Shown: positions 33,123-44,229, counted from the stretch's first letter. The stretch is 64,000 bases of DNA from an uncultured Gammaproteobacteria bacterium (GCA_963797555.1 CAWCPV010000014.1:469774-533773), one strand, 5' to 3'. Notes: generated from the letters alone by a model not told the origin. A program made the numbers and translations.

Positions 33123-33959
33123 ATGACCAAGAAGCTCTTCACCGCGCTGGGTCTGGTGCTCACGACCCTCATTCCCGCGGCGCTGCAGGCGGGTCCAGAG
33201 GAGGACCGCAAGGCATTCCAGCAGTATTTCGAAAAGCGCTTTCCGGAGCTAAAGCTCGCCGATTGGGGCAACGGAGCTTACTCCCTGGACGCGGATCTCA
33301 AGGCCCAGTGGGAAGCCATCGAGGAGTTCCCGCCTTATGTGCCGGACATCGATGCCGGCAAGAAGCTGTTCGAAACCCCGTTCAAGAACGGCAAGACCTA
33401 CGCGGGCTGCTTGAAGAACAAAGGTATCGGCATCGCCCAGAACTACCCTTACTTCGACACCAAAAAGGGGGAGGTGATCACGCTGCCCGTGGCGATCAAC
33501 GAGTGTCGAACGAAAAACCACGAGCAGCCTCTACCGTATGGGAAGGGCGAGATCGCCCAGATCCTGGCCTACATGGAATACACCTCCCGAGGCAAGAAGA
33601 CCCACATGGTCGTGCCCAAAGACCGGCGCGCCCTGGAGGCTTATGACAAGGGTAAACGCCTCTACTACGCGAAACGTGGACAGCTCAACTTCGCCTGCTC
33701 GGACTGCCACGTGCTGAATCCCGGTCGGCACATCCGGTCTGACCTGATCAGTCCCGCTCTGGGCCAGACCACCCACTGGCCGGTCTATCGTGCCGCTTGG
33801 GGAGACCTCGGGACGCTGCAGCGGCGCTTCCAGGGGTGCTACCAGCAACTGCGCGCCAAACCCTTCCCGCTGCAGAGCGAGGAGTACCGGGATCTCGAGT
33901 ACTACATGACCTACATGAACGACGGGCTGCCTTTGAACGGACCAGCGTCACGTAAGTAA
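33123..33959 (+). CDS. soxA: SoxA (mono-haem type)
   Basis: RGQLNFACSDCH, WPVYR..WG..GTLQRRFQGC, LEYYMTY...GP..R; first haem site reduced to YAGCL. Confidence 0.93.
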   Translation: MTKKLFTALGLVLTTLIPAALQAGPEEDRKAFQQYFEKRFPELKLADWGNGAYSLDADLKAQWEAIEEFPPYVPDIDAGKKLFETPFKNGKTYAGCLKNKGIGIAQNYPYFDTKKGEVITLPVAINECRTKNHEQPLPYGKGEIAQILAYMEYTSRGKKTHMVVPKDRRALEAYDKGKRLYYAKRGQLNFACSDCHVLNPGRHIRSDLISPALGQTTHWPVYRAAWGDLGTLQRRFQGCYQQLRAKPFPLQSEEYRDLEYYMTYMNDGLPLNGPASRK

Positions 33960-34108
33960 GTACCGCGGGGCCTCGTGGCGCCCCTCCCGGAGCCGCCGTC
34001 GGACGCACCCTGGCAGCGATCAGAGCATCGGCGGCAGCCCTTCCTTCGACGCGACCGCACCTTTTCTCGCGTTCCCTGCCCCGCAGGGGACGTCGGAGGC
34101 ATCGAGTC

Positions 34109-35839
34109 ATGAGCATCTCGCGCAGAGAATTCCTCCAGATCCTGGCGCTCGCCAGCACCTGCGAATGGGACATCCAAGCTTTGGGGGGAACGAGCAGCGG
34201 TCCGTCGAAGGCGCCTTCCGACCCCTATGAGTTGCCAGCTTTCGGCAACGTCAGCCTCATGCACTTCACCGACTGCCATGCGCAACTGCTCCCCGTCTGC
34301 TTCCGGGAGCCGAATATCAACATCGGCGTCGGCGCCATGGCCGGCCGCCCCCCTCACTTGGTGGGCCATCATTTCCTGAGGTACTACGACGTCCCGGCGG
34401 CCTCGCGGGACGCCCATGCTTTCACCTACCTGGACTTCACAGAGGCAGCCCACAAGTTCGGAACGATGGGTGGCTTCGCCCACCTCGCAACGCTGGTCAA
34501 GAAGATTCGGGCCCAGCGGCCGGGAGCGCTGCTGTGCGACGGCGGCGACACCTGGCAGGGGTCGGCCACCGCTCTGTGGACCGATGCGCAGGACATGGTC
34601 GATGCCCAATTGCTGCTCGGCGTCGACGTGATGACCCCCCATTGGGAGTTCACCTATGGTGCGGATCGCGTCAAGCACATCGTCGACAACGACTTCAAGG
34701 GCAAGCTCGACTTTGTTGCCCAGAATGTGGTGGACAAGGAATGGGGTGAAAAGGTGTTCACCCCCTACGTCATCAGGGAGGTAAACCGTGTCCCGGTTGC
34801 GATCGTCGGGCAGGCATTTCCGTTCACGCCCATTGCCAATCCCGGCTACCTGATGCCCAACTGGAGCTTCGGGATCCGCGAGGACCACATGCAGGAGATG
34901 GTGAACCAGGCACGGGACAAAGGCGCGAAGGCCGTCGTCTTACTCTCGCACAACGGCATGGATGTCGACTTGAAGCTAGCCAGCCGCGTGACGGGGATCG
35001 ATGCCATCCTCGGCGGCCACACCCACGATGCAGTGCCGAAACCCGTGGTGGTGTCGAATGCCAGCGGCAAGACGCTGGTCACTAACGGCGGCTCCAACGG
35101 GAAGTTCCTCGGGGTGCTGGACCTGGATATCAAGGACGGAAAGGTGAGGGACTTCCGCTATCACTACCTTCCAGTGTTCTCCAACCTGCTGCCTCCCGAC
35201 CCGGATATGTCGGCGCATATCGAAAAGGTTCGCGCCCCGTACAAGGACAAGCTGAGCGAGAAACTGGCCGCGACCGACACGCTGCTATACCGTCGCGGCA
35301 ACTTCAACGGCACCTTCGACCAGCTCATCGTGGACGCCATGCTCAAGGTCCAGGACGCGCAGATCGCCTTCTCCCCGGGGTTTCGGTGGGGGGTTAGCGT
35401 GCTGCCGGGCGAGTCCATCACCATGGATCAGCTCATGACCCAAACCGCCATCACCTACCCAACGGCGACCTTGAACGATCTCACCGGGGAGATGGTGAAG
35501 AACATCCTGGAGGACGTGGCAGACAACCTGTTCAATCCCGATCCGTATTACCAGCAGGGGGGCGACATGGTGCGGGTGGGCGGCCTGAAGTTCGTATTCG
35601 ATCCCACTCAGACCATGGGCAAGCGCGTCAGCAGCATGGAGCTGGACGGCAAGCCCATCGACCCGAGGAAGAAGTACAAGGTAGCCGGCTGGGCCAGCGT
35701 CGCCCAGCCCCTGAAGGGCAAGCCCATCTGGGACGTCGTGGCGGAATACCTGCGGGACGCCAAGACGGTCAGCATCAAGCACCTCAACCTTCCGCGACTC
35801 AAGAACGTCCAGGACAACCCAGGGTACGAAGCGATATAG
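34109..35839 (+). CDS. soxB: Thiosulfohydrolase SoxB
   Basis: Tat signal SRREFLQ, HFTDCHAQL, GGDTWQGS, HWEFT, SHNGMDVD, GGHTHD, QQGGDMVR. Confidence 0.97.
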   Translation: MSISRREFLQILALASTCEWDIQALGGTSSGPSKAPSDPYELPAFGNVSLMHFTDCHAQLLPVCFREPNINIGVGAMAGRPPHLVGHHFLRYYDVPAASRDAHAFTYLDFTEAAHKFGTMGGFAHLATLVKKIRAQRPGALLCDGGDTWQGSATALWTDAQDMVDAQLLLGVDVMTPHWEFTYGADRVKHIVDNDFKGKLDFVAQNVVDKEWGEKVFTPYVIREVNRVPVAIVGQAFPFTPIANPGYLMPNWSFGIREDHMQEMVNQARDKGAKAVVLLSHNGMDVDLKLASRVTGIDAILGGHTHDAVPKPVVVSNASGKTLVTNGGSNGKFLGVLDLDIKDGKVRDFRYHYLPVFSNLLPPDPDMSAHIEKVRAPYKDKLSEKLAATDTLLYRRGNFNGTFDQLIVDAMLKVQDAQIAFSPGFRWGVSVLPGESITMDQLMTQTAITYPTATLNDLTGEMVKNILEDVADNLFNPDPYYQQGGDMVRVGGLKFVFDPTQTMGKRVSSMELDGKPIDPRKKYKVAGWASVAQPLKGKPIWDVVAEYLRDAKTVSIKHLNLPRLKNVQDNPGYEAI

Positions 35840-35849
35840 CGACGCTGTC

Positions 35850-36445
35850 CGGGAGGCGTGCGCTCGACCTCAGACAGGGCGTGGGCGGGAGTCGGAGACC
35901 GGCCGGGGCGCCCGTCGCCGCTCAGCAGACCGTGGCCGGCCTTCCAGCGCTGCAGGGTGCGCACGCCTATACCCGCGAGATCGCAGGGCCGGTTCGAGCC
36001 GCACGTCGACGCCGTGGGCTTGCTCCATGCCGCGGGCCAACTGTAGGCGATCTCCCAGACGGAACACTCGCCCGGGTCCTGCCCGAAGATCGCCGAGAGT
36101 TTTTGACAGCACCAGCCAGGCAGCCGTCTCGGCCAGTACCTCGTCCTTGCCCTTGATCTCGCGCTTCAGTTCCTCGAGGCGACGTAGGTCCTGCCGGGTC
36201 AATAGGGGTCCGGCACGCGCTTCCTCAGGCTCCGCCTGCGCCGCCGCGTCACTCCCGACCCCTTCTGGAGCACGCAAAGCCTTGGTCCGCCAATGTCTTG
36301 TCACTTCGATCGCCGCCAGTGTGACCTTCGCCTTGAATCGCTCTCCCTGATTGCGCCTCTCGCCACTCATCTCGATATCATCACCGCGATGGAGCGGTTC
36401 ATCCCCTGCTACTTAATGTCCCCGCACAGAGTTCCGAAACCAGCT
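35850..36445 (-). mobile_element. Chimeric IS3-family remnants
   Basis: 36445-36300 aligns with the left end and OrfA start of the 17591 element (ggggatgaaccgct...ATGAGTGGC). Beyond it are fragments of a second IS3 type (RTLQRWKAG..GDGRP..PAHALSEVER). Confidence 0.7.
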
Positions 36446-36605
36446 CTGCGGCGTGGCCTGCGCTGATTCAGCCCGCCCTGCGATCCACTGGTCCGGGGCG
36501 GTCCGGCAATCCTCAGGTCCGGGGCGATCCATACCACACGCTGCGAACCTTTTACAAACGTGGAATGATCTGGCCGACGGCCTATCGAGTCGGGAGTGAC
36601 CCCAG

Positions 36606-38012
36606 ATGATCAAGCATTTCTTCGCGGTGCTCACGCGCAACTGGGTGAGCCTCGTAGGTACCTCGCTCGCAATCATGAGCATGGTGGTCATCATCATACT
36701 GTTCATGGTGCAGAGCCTGGGCTTCCAAGGAGGCCCATACCTCGGCATCCTGACCTACCTGATCTTGCCCGCGTTCTTCGTACTCGGGCTGTTGCTCATC
36801 CCGTTCGGCCACTTCAGGCAGCGCCGCCGTGAGCGCCAGGCGGCCGCCCACGGCGAGGCCGTTCCACGTTTCCCGGTGATCGATCTCAACCAGGAGCGAA
36901 CCCGCGGCTTCGTGCTGGTGTTCCTGCTCGCCACGGTGGTCAATGTCGTCATTCTCGCTGGTGCTACCTACAAGGGCGTGGAGGTCATGGACTCGACCCA
37001 GTTCTGCGGTTCCACCTGCCATACGGTGATGCAGCCGGAATACACCGCATATCAGCGGTCTCCGCATTCGCGAGTGACCTGCGCCAGTTGCCACATCGGC
37101 CCGGGCGCGGACTGGTTCGTCAAGTCCAAGCTCTCGGGCTCGTGGCAGGTCATCGCGGTGGCGTTCAAGGCGTATCCAAGGCCGATTCCGACCCCCTTGC
37201 ACGACTTGCGCCCGGCGCGGGAAACCTGCGAGCAGTGCCACTGGCCGACCAAGTTCGCAGGCGACCGGCTCAGGATCAGGGTGCATTACTCCGAGGACGA
37301 GAAAAACACCGAACTGCGCTCTGTCCTTCTGGTGCGGATCGGAGGGGTGCAGGCGCACGGATCCTCAGGCATCCACCGGCACGTGGACCCTGGGATCAAG
37401 ATCCGCTACCTCTCCGATTCGAAGCGCGAGACGATCTATCAGGTCGAGCTGACCTCGCGCGACGGCGGCGTAAAGACCTTCAATGGCGAAGCGCTACCCC
37501 CTGAAGAAGCGGTATGGCGGACGATGGACTGCGTCGATTGCCACAACCGTCCGACGCACATTTTTCGCCAGCCCGCGGACGAGGTGGACGCAGCGCTCCA
37601 GGATGGGAGAATCGATCGAGGTCTGCCCTTCATCAAGCGCGAGGGGCTGCGTGCAGTTCAGGTTGCCTACTCGTCCCACGACGCGGCGCGTCAAGGCATT
37701 GCGAAGGAAATCGACGCCTTTTACCGGCAGCATTACCCGCGGGTCGCCGCGTCTCGTGCGGCGGCCGTTCAGCAGGCCGGCAAGGCGCTCGGCGACATAT
37801 ACTGCTGGAACGTCTTCCCCAAGATGCGAGTGACTTGGGGGACATACCCGAGCCACATCGGGCACAAGGATTCGCCGGGCTGCTTTCGCTGTCACGACGG
37901 CAACCACAAGAGCGCTTCGGGCGAAGCGATCTCGAACGATTGCTCGACCTGCCACTCGCTCCTCGCCGTAGAGCAGGAGAACCCGGAGATCCTCAAGCGG
38001 CTGCAGCCCTGA
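36606..38012 (+). CDS. Membrane-bound multihaem cytochrome c, NapC/NirT N-terminal family (ImcH-like architecture)
   Basis: Three N-terminal hydrophobic segments; haem motifs CGSTCH, CASCH, CEQCH, CVDCH, CFRCH, CSTCH. Confidence 0.88.
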   Translation: MIKHFFAVLTRNWVSLVGTSLAIMSMVVIIILFMVQSLGFQGGPYLGILTYLILPAFFVLGLLLIPFGHFRQRRRERQAAAHGEAVPRFPVIDLNQERTRGFVLVFLLATVVNVVILAGATYKGVEVMDSTQFCGSTCHTVMQPEYTAYQRSPHSRVTCASCHIGPGADWFVKSKLSGSWQVIAVAFKAYPRPIPTPLHDLRPARETCEQCHWPTKFAGDRLRIRVHYSEDEKNTELRSVLLVRIGGVQAHGSSGIHRHVDPGIKIRYLSDSKRETIYQVELTSRDGGVKTFNGEALPPEEAVWRTMDCVDCHNRPTHIFRQPADEVDAALQDGRIDRGLPFIKREGLRAVQVAYSSHDAARQGIAKEIDAFYRQHYPRVAASRAAAVQQAGKALGDIYCWNVFPKMRVTWGTYPSHIGHKDSPGCFRCHDGNHKSASGEAISNDCSTCHSLLAVEQENPEILKRLQP

Positions 38013-38123
38013 AAGCGTGTGAATCAATCGCAGTGGCCCCGGCTGGTGTCTTATTCAGAGGCATGACACCTTGATCCATGGGACGGATCGATCCAGCCCT
38101 ACGGTTTTTTTCAGAACCTCTGA

Positions 38124-39264
38124 GAGGGCGTTTACAAAATCGGGCATAATTGGCGGCGTCTGTCATAGCCAGGAGGACGCCCTGTGGCCAAGCGTGGACG
38201 CCCGCGCAAGATTCAGTCTGAACACCGTTGCGCGCTCGTTGCGATTGTCGAAGCCAACCCCACGGCGACGTTGGAAGAGGTCCAGGCAGAGTTGGCGCGA
38301 CGAACGGGTTTGCAGGCACACGGCCGGACGATTTTGGCGGCGCTGCGGGAAGCGGGGCTGGAGCGCAGCCAGGACGGCTCGCGAGGGCGGGTAGAAGTCG
38401 CCGCGAAGGCGGCTCCTCGCTACGGATACACTGAGGCGCATCGGCGGCTGGAACCGGAGCAGACCTATCCCAGTTGTCTGACCGACGAGGAATGGGTCTT
38501 GGTCGAGGGTCTGTTCGACCCGAGCGGCGCACGGGGGATGCCCCCGCGGTATGAGCGCCGCCGGATGCTCGATGCCTGCTGTTACGTGGTGCGTACGGGA
38601 TGTTCCTGGCGCATGCTGCCGAAAGAGTTTCCGCGGTGGCAGAACGTGTACCGGACCTTTCGGCGCTGGAGCGCGCAGGGCAAATTCGAGCAGATGCATG
38701 ATCGGCTGCGCGAGTTGTGGCGCAGCCGCGAAGGGCGCGCACAGCAGCCGAGTGCCGCGGTGCTCGATGCCCAGTCGACGCGCACTTCGCCGCAAGGCGG
38801 CGAGAGTGGCTATGACGCTGGCAAGAAAATCAAAGGGCGCAAGCGTCATCTGGTGGTCGACACCCTGGGCTTGCTGCTGGCGGTAAGCGTCAGCGCCGCC
38901 AGCGTTCAGGACCGTGATGGAGCGCATCCGGTGATGGCCAAGACGATGGCGAAATACCCCAGTGTCCAGACCCTGTTTGTGGATTCGGGCTACGCGGGTC
39001 AGTGCGCGCAGACCGTCTCGCAACTGCATGGCATTCACGTTCAGGTCGTGCGCCACCCCGCCAATAAGAACGCGGACGCCAAGGGTTTCGTCGTTTTGGC
39101 CAAGCGCTGGGTGGTGGAGCGCACCCATGCTTGGAACGAGCGCGCGCGGCGTCTGGTGATGCATCATGACCGGCTGTCAAGCCTCTCCGAGGCACGGGTC
39201 TGGCTCACCGAGGCACGCATGCTCGCGCGACGCTTGACCACTTAGAGATTGTGTAAACACCCTC
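38124..39264 (+). mobile_element. IS5-family (IS1031-like) element; transposase 38184..39245
   Basis: IRs GAGGGCGTTTAC / GTAAACACCCTC; YPSCLTDEEW, LDAQS, GYDAGKKIKGRKRH, DSGY, RWVVERT. Confidence 0.92.
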
Positions 39265-39267
39265 TCA

Positions 39268-39484
39268 GAGCCTGTGAAGAAATCGTCGCGCGCGGCCCGA
39301 GAGCAAGGCGCACGGAGCGCAGCGACGAGACATACCAAGTAGATAGACGAGGAGCGACCGAATGGCAGGATGGCCATTCGGCACGTCCGCAGGACGCCCA
39401 AAAGGGGTGGCGTACAGGGGGGTACGCCATGAACACCGCGCAACGCGGCTATCGGGACGCGCAGTAGATCTATTTCACAAGCTC
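39268..39484 (+). repeat. MITE-like element, long copy
   Basis: GAGCCTGTGAAG...TTCACAAGCTC with two internal hairpins; separated from the IS5 end by only TCA. Confidence 0.8.
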
Positions 39485-39687
39485 TCGGCGGGTTTCGCCC
39501 GGCCGCAACCTGATATGCGCAGCCTTTTTTGTCTGCGGAAGGCCGCTCAGCCACAATACAGCGGGGCTCCTGATGAAATCGTCACGAGGCCGCAACCCGA
39601 TGCGCGGCGGATTCGTTAACAAGCGCTCCGCAAGGTAACGGAATCTTCGTCCCACCGAGCCGAGCCGTCAAGCTACACCCCGATCGA

Positions 39688-40173
39688 TCACCGCGGAGCA
39701 GGGGAAACCGGACTGCGAAGTTCGCGCGCCATCCGCATTGCCGGCTCACGTCCACCGTAATAACCGGGCAAGTACGCAGTCTCCCGAAAACCAAGCCTGC
39801 GATAGAAGCAACGTGCCGCGTGGTTGTAAACACGAACTTCCAGATAGATGGTTTCAATGCCTGCCACGACGGCGGACTCCGACAACCAAGCGAGCAGCCT
39901 GCGGCCAAGGCCGGACCGCCTGTATTCGCGCTGCACCGCCAACAGATGCAGGTGTGCGTCGTCCAGGCCGAAATACATGACAGCGAATCCGATCACGCGC
40001 TGGTGGTGATCGGCAACCACGGTCACCGTATCCCTACAGCGGATGCTTCTCACCACACGGTTCGGGGTCCAGGACCAGGGCAAGCCGGTCTCTATCAGCT
40101 CCCGGGACATCAGGGCGATCCGCTCGGCGTCGGCCCGTCTAGCCAGTCTCAGCGTGATGCTCTCGAAATCCAT
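39688..40173 (-). CDS. GNAT N-acetyltransferase (RimI-like)
   Basis: LLAVQREYRRSGLGRRL, LEVRVYNHAARCFYRRLGF, YY. Confidence 0.85.
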   Translation of the reverse strand: MDFESITLRLARRADAERIALMSRELIETGLPWSWTPNRVVRSIRCRDTVTVVADHHQRVIGFAVMYFGLDDAHLHLLAVQREYRRSGLGRRLLAWLSESAVVAGIETIYLEVRVYNHAARCFYRRLGFRETAYLPGYYGGREPAMRMARELRSPVSPAPR

Positions 40174-40349
40174 TGCTGCTTGCGCCCATGTCTCGGGGTA
40201 GCACCCGTTGCCCACCCCGCCGGAGTCTCCGCCGGCAAGCGGCTTCACCAGTATGCCCTACGGAGAGCACAGATTCTCGACCAGCACACCGGCACGCCGG
40301 TGAATGCCAAGTCACACCCAGTTCTTGACAGCTATCGCCGGCCCCCACG

Positions 40350-40512
40350 GCACCGGCCGCCGATCCACGCCATGCACCTGAATCACGTGCTTTGCCAAAT
40401 CGATCCCAACAGTCGTAATCTTCATCTCGGTCGCCTCTCTCGGTTGGTGGAACTTCGCCTCTCCACTCCGGCACTCCAATGCCGCTTCGGGAAGGGGTGA
40501 CCATCCCATTAA
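40350..40512 (-). mobile_element. IS110-family left end and transposase N-terminal stub
   Basis: ATG 40425 MKITTVGIDLAKHVIQVHGVD (DEDD RuvC start); homology then stops. Confidence 0.75.
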
Positions 40513-41200
40513 GGCCGTGGACCGAGCCCGGTCGGCGGACTGAACCGTCCCCACCCCACTTTGCCGGTTACTCGGCGTCCGAATAACCCTGTCCGAAAGA
40601 TCCGCCCGCACTGGGACACGCAGAAAGCGCGGCGGCCGAGGCGTGAGCTCCACGAAGGCGCCTCTTGCGTCAAGCACGCAGGACGACGATGCACAGGAAA
40701 GGCCAGCGGTTGCACGCGGCGGGGCTGGGACGAGACAACTGGCAAGGATAAGGATACGCGATGCCGCTGCTGTCGCGGCTCGGCTATGCGGAGCCACCGC
40801 TCCCGCGGATAAGAACGGCCAACGAATATGCCGGGACCGTATCCGGCCCCGTCCTTCCAGCCGGCTCCTCCTGCATCCCTCAACTGACCCGAAGCTTGAC
40901 GGGCCTGCCCGCTCGGGCGAACATTCGCAGGTATTGGGGTGCCCTGCCGGCCCGCTCCCGGCATGTTTGTTCGCCTTCGCGGGCGGCTTGGGGCTATGAG
41001 GGGTGCTGGCTTGGGGCAGCGGCTCCCGTGCCGGATCGGCCGTCACGCCCCTAGGTGTAACCCCGCGTCTGCCCCTGGCCCTAAGAATGCGTACAGGTCT
41101 CTGCCGCGGGCGGGGAGGAATACATCCTGTTAGAACCCCGTCACGCCGGCTGGCCGGGTTAACGCCCGAGGGTCGCGCGGCGCTGGCTGCTTCGGAGGAC

Positions 41201-41635
41201 ATGCGCATGGAGACCGTGAGACAGCTTCTTGAGGAGAAGGGCCGCGAGGTGTGGTCCGTGGCACCGGATACCTCGGTTTTCGACGCGCTCAGGCTGATGG
41301 CGGACAAGAACGTGGGAGCTCTCGTCGTCCTGCACGAGCAGAAGGTGGTCGGACTCATCTCCGAGCGCGAATACTCCCGACAGGTCGTCCTGCAGGGGCG
41401 CTCGTCGAAAACCACGGCGGTGCGCGAGATCATGGCGACCCCCGTGCTCTACGCCCGGCCGGACCAGAGCGTCGAGGACTGCATGGCGCTCATGACGGAC
41501 AAACGGACCCGCCACCTGCCCGTGCTGGACGGAGAGCGGTTGATAGGCATCCTCTCCATCGGCGACTTGGTCAAGGCCGTGATCTCGCACCAGCAGTTCA
41601 TCATCCGGCAGCTAGAGAACTACATCACAAGCTAG
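41201..41635 (+). CDS. CBS-domain pair protein
   Basis: VFDALRLMADKNVGAL, GLISEREY, RHLPV, GILSIGDLVK; GGAGG RBS. Confidence 0.92.
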   Translation: MRMETVRQLLEEKGREVWSVAPDTSVFDALRLMADKNVGALVVLHEQKVVGLISEREYSRQVVLQGRSSKTTAVREIMATPVLYARPDQSVEDCMALMTDKRTRHLPVLDGERLIGILSIGDLVKAVISHQQFIIRQLENYITS

Positions 41636-41963
41636 CCCTGGGTGGCCGCGCAGTCCCGCCGCATCGAAACTCGACGGCTCCGCCTACATGGATGCACTTC
41701 CGGCTGGTGGCCATGTGTCGGCACCTCTCATCGGCTGTTCGATCTTTGGTTGTCGCCGAGGCCGAGGTCGCGGGCGTCATCGAAGGGGCTTGCCGCTGCC
41801 TACAGGTCTGCCGCTTGATTTGGGCACGGTTGGGCCGCCGGTGCACTCTGCACTACCCGCCCCTTGCACTCTTCACTGTTCGGGATCGGTGCCTGCTGTT
41901 CGTCAAAGAGTGGGATGTCCACTTCGCTCTGCCCCCCTGGATGGACAAATATATGACGAAACT

Positions 41964-42150
41964 GTAACTATTCAGGTATCTCTTGCAGGACAGTCGATTA
42001 TGCGTGACGCTTTATGCGGGAGGAGAATGCCACATTGCACGCACTGGTGGCGCAACAGGCGGCGCTGATCGAGCAACTGCTGCAACGAGTGCGGGAGCTC
42101 GAGGCCCGGCTGGCCAAGGACAGCCATAACTCGAGCAAGCCACCGATTAC
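41964..42150 (+). mobile_element. IS66-family (ISBst12-like) left end and N-terminal stub
   Basis: GTAACTATTCAGG end; VRELEARLAKDSHNSSKPP coiled-coil motif. Confidence 0.65.
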
Positions 42151-42970
42151 CGGCCGCGGCCGGTGGACCCCGAAGATCTCGTGCTGACGCACCTCATCGA
42201 TGAGCAGCACCTCAAGACCCCGTTCTACGGCAGCCGCAAGATGCGTGAGCACTTAAGGCGTCTGGGCTATTCGGTCAACCGCATGCGGGTACAGCGTCTG
42301 ATGCGTCTCATGAGGCTTGAGGCGATTTATCCAAAACCGAAGACCAGTGTGGGGCACCCCGAGCATCGGGTCTATCCGTACCTGTTGCGGGGGCTGGTGA
42401 TTGAGCGCCCCAACCAAGTATGCGCAGCCGATATCACCTATGTCCCGATGGGGCGAGGGTTCATGTATCTGGTGGCCATTCTAGACTGGGCGAGCCGCAA
42501 GGTACTGGCCTGGCGGGTCGCCAACACTCCAGACAGTACCTTCTGTGTAGAGGCACTGAAAGAGGCCCGGGGAAATTCAGGGTGCCCCGAGATCTTCAAG
42601 ACCGACCAAGGCAGCCAGTTTACCAGTCGGGCCTTTACTGAGGTGCTGGAAGCCAAGCACATCCGCATCAGCACGGATGGCCGGGGGCGCTGCCACGACA
42701 ACATCTTCATCGAACGGCTCTGGAGAACGGTGAAGTACGAGTACCTGCATCTGCATGCCTTTGAGAGCGGGACCGAGCTACGCCAGGGACTCAAGACCTG
42801 GCTCGGGTGGTACAACCCCCACCGCCCCCACCAAGGGCTGGGCTACCAGACCCCAGATGAGGTCTACTTCCAAACCAACATCACCATCACCGAGGCAGCC
42901 TGAGACCTAATGACCAACGGCTCAGAGCTTAATCACCCCCTCAGGCTGTCTAGACAACGGGGTCCAGTTT
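42150..42970 (+). mobile_element. IS3-family partial element (OrfB 42163..42903 plus right end)
   Basis: PFYGSRKM, ADITY, TDQGSQF, DNIFIERLWRTVKYE, HQGLGYQTP; end CTGTCTAGACAACGGGGTCCA. Confidence 0.85.
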
Positions 42971-42977
42971 AGTCCTC

Positions 42978-43735
42978 ATGTGCACCCTGGTGGTCCTTCG
43001 TCGCCCCGGGCATGAATGGCCGCTCCTCGTCGCCGGCAATCGAGACGAGATGCGGGAGCGGCCCTGGTCTGCCCCCGGCCGGCACTGGGCGGACCGTCCC
43101 GAGGTGGTCGCCGGGCTGGATGAACTGGGCGGCGGTAGCTGGTGTGGCCTAAACGACTCCGCCTAGTCGCGGTCGCCATGGATCGCGAAGGAACGCTCGG
43201 CCGAGAGCCCGGCAAGCGCAGCCGCGGCGAGTTGGTGCTGCTCGCGCTGGACTACGCCGAGGCCAATGACGCTGCCCAAGCGCTCGCCGATCTCGATCCG
43301 CGAGCCTATCGCCCCTTCAACCTGTTCGTCGGGGACCCTGTCTCCGCCTTCTGGCTGCGCCACAACGCGGATGCTAAAGCCGATGGTGTCGAAGTCTTCG
43401 AGGTGGGGCCCGGGGTGCACATGCTCAGTACGCGGGACCTGGACGACTCACGTATTTCTCGCATCCGCGTCCACTTGCCGAGGTTCCGGCAGGCGCAAGC
43501 ACCCGAGCCGGCAGCGGGCAATTGGAACGCGTGGAAGTTTCTGCTCGGAAGCCGGCTTTACTCCCAAGACGACGGTCCCCACGCGGCCATGAACCTGGAT
43601 CTCCCCGGCGGCTTCGGCACCCTGTCCAGCCAACTGCTCGCCGTCCCGCGTCACCCGGGCTTCGGACCGGTGCCCGTATTCCTGTTCGCGGGCGGGCCGC
43701 CGGACCGTATTCCGTTCGAGCCCGTCGATCTCTGA
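42978..43735 (+). CDS. NRDE/TANGO2-family protein (apparent -1 frameshift near 43160)
   Basis: MCTL...AGNRDE, GGSWCGLN, RSRGELV, PFNL, FGTLSS; adding one G joins both ORFs. Confidence 0.82.
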
Positions 43736-44229
43736 ATACCCGACTCCAAGGGCCGAAGTTGCTGCGCACTACGAGGTTCGGGCGTAAGCGTCGGACGACC
43801 GCGGTGCACGGCTTAGCTGGGCCGGCGAGGCCCTGCGCGCCAAGGAGTGAGGACGAAAACGCCCACTCGGCAGTCATGCAACCCCCAACGGATCGTCGCC
43901 TGTGCCACATGCATTGGTGTTACGACGACGGTGCTTCAATCGGCCCCCGGACGCGGATCCGTAAGCGTGAGATGCCAGCCCGGGTTGCCATGCACATGAC
44001 CGCGAGGGTCCCGGCGTTGCATTCGCGGCGTCGACCTCCTAGACTGCCGTCGACGGCGCTCGGCAGCGCTTGCGGGTGGCGCTCACGGTGTCCCCGCACA
44101 CTGGAGAACGTGCCTGGCGGGTGTGTCGCGGGCGTGTGGATAGCTCCGCCAGTACCTCGATCGGCCGGATGGAGCCATCCCGGGAGGAACGACCATGGTT
44201 CGCGCAGTACGCGTGGCGGCGTGCGCCGC

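Noticed and set aside
40350-40700. Functional IS110 bridge-RNA/seekRNA system
   Set aside because: Only ~23 codons of recombinase and a short left flank remain; no complete element.
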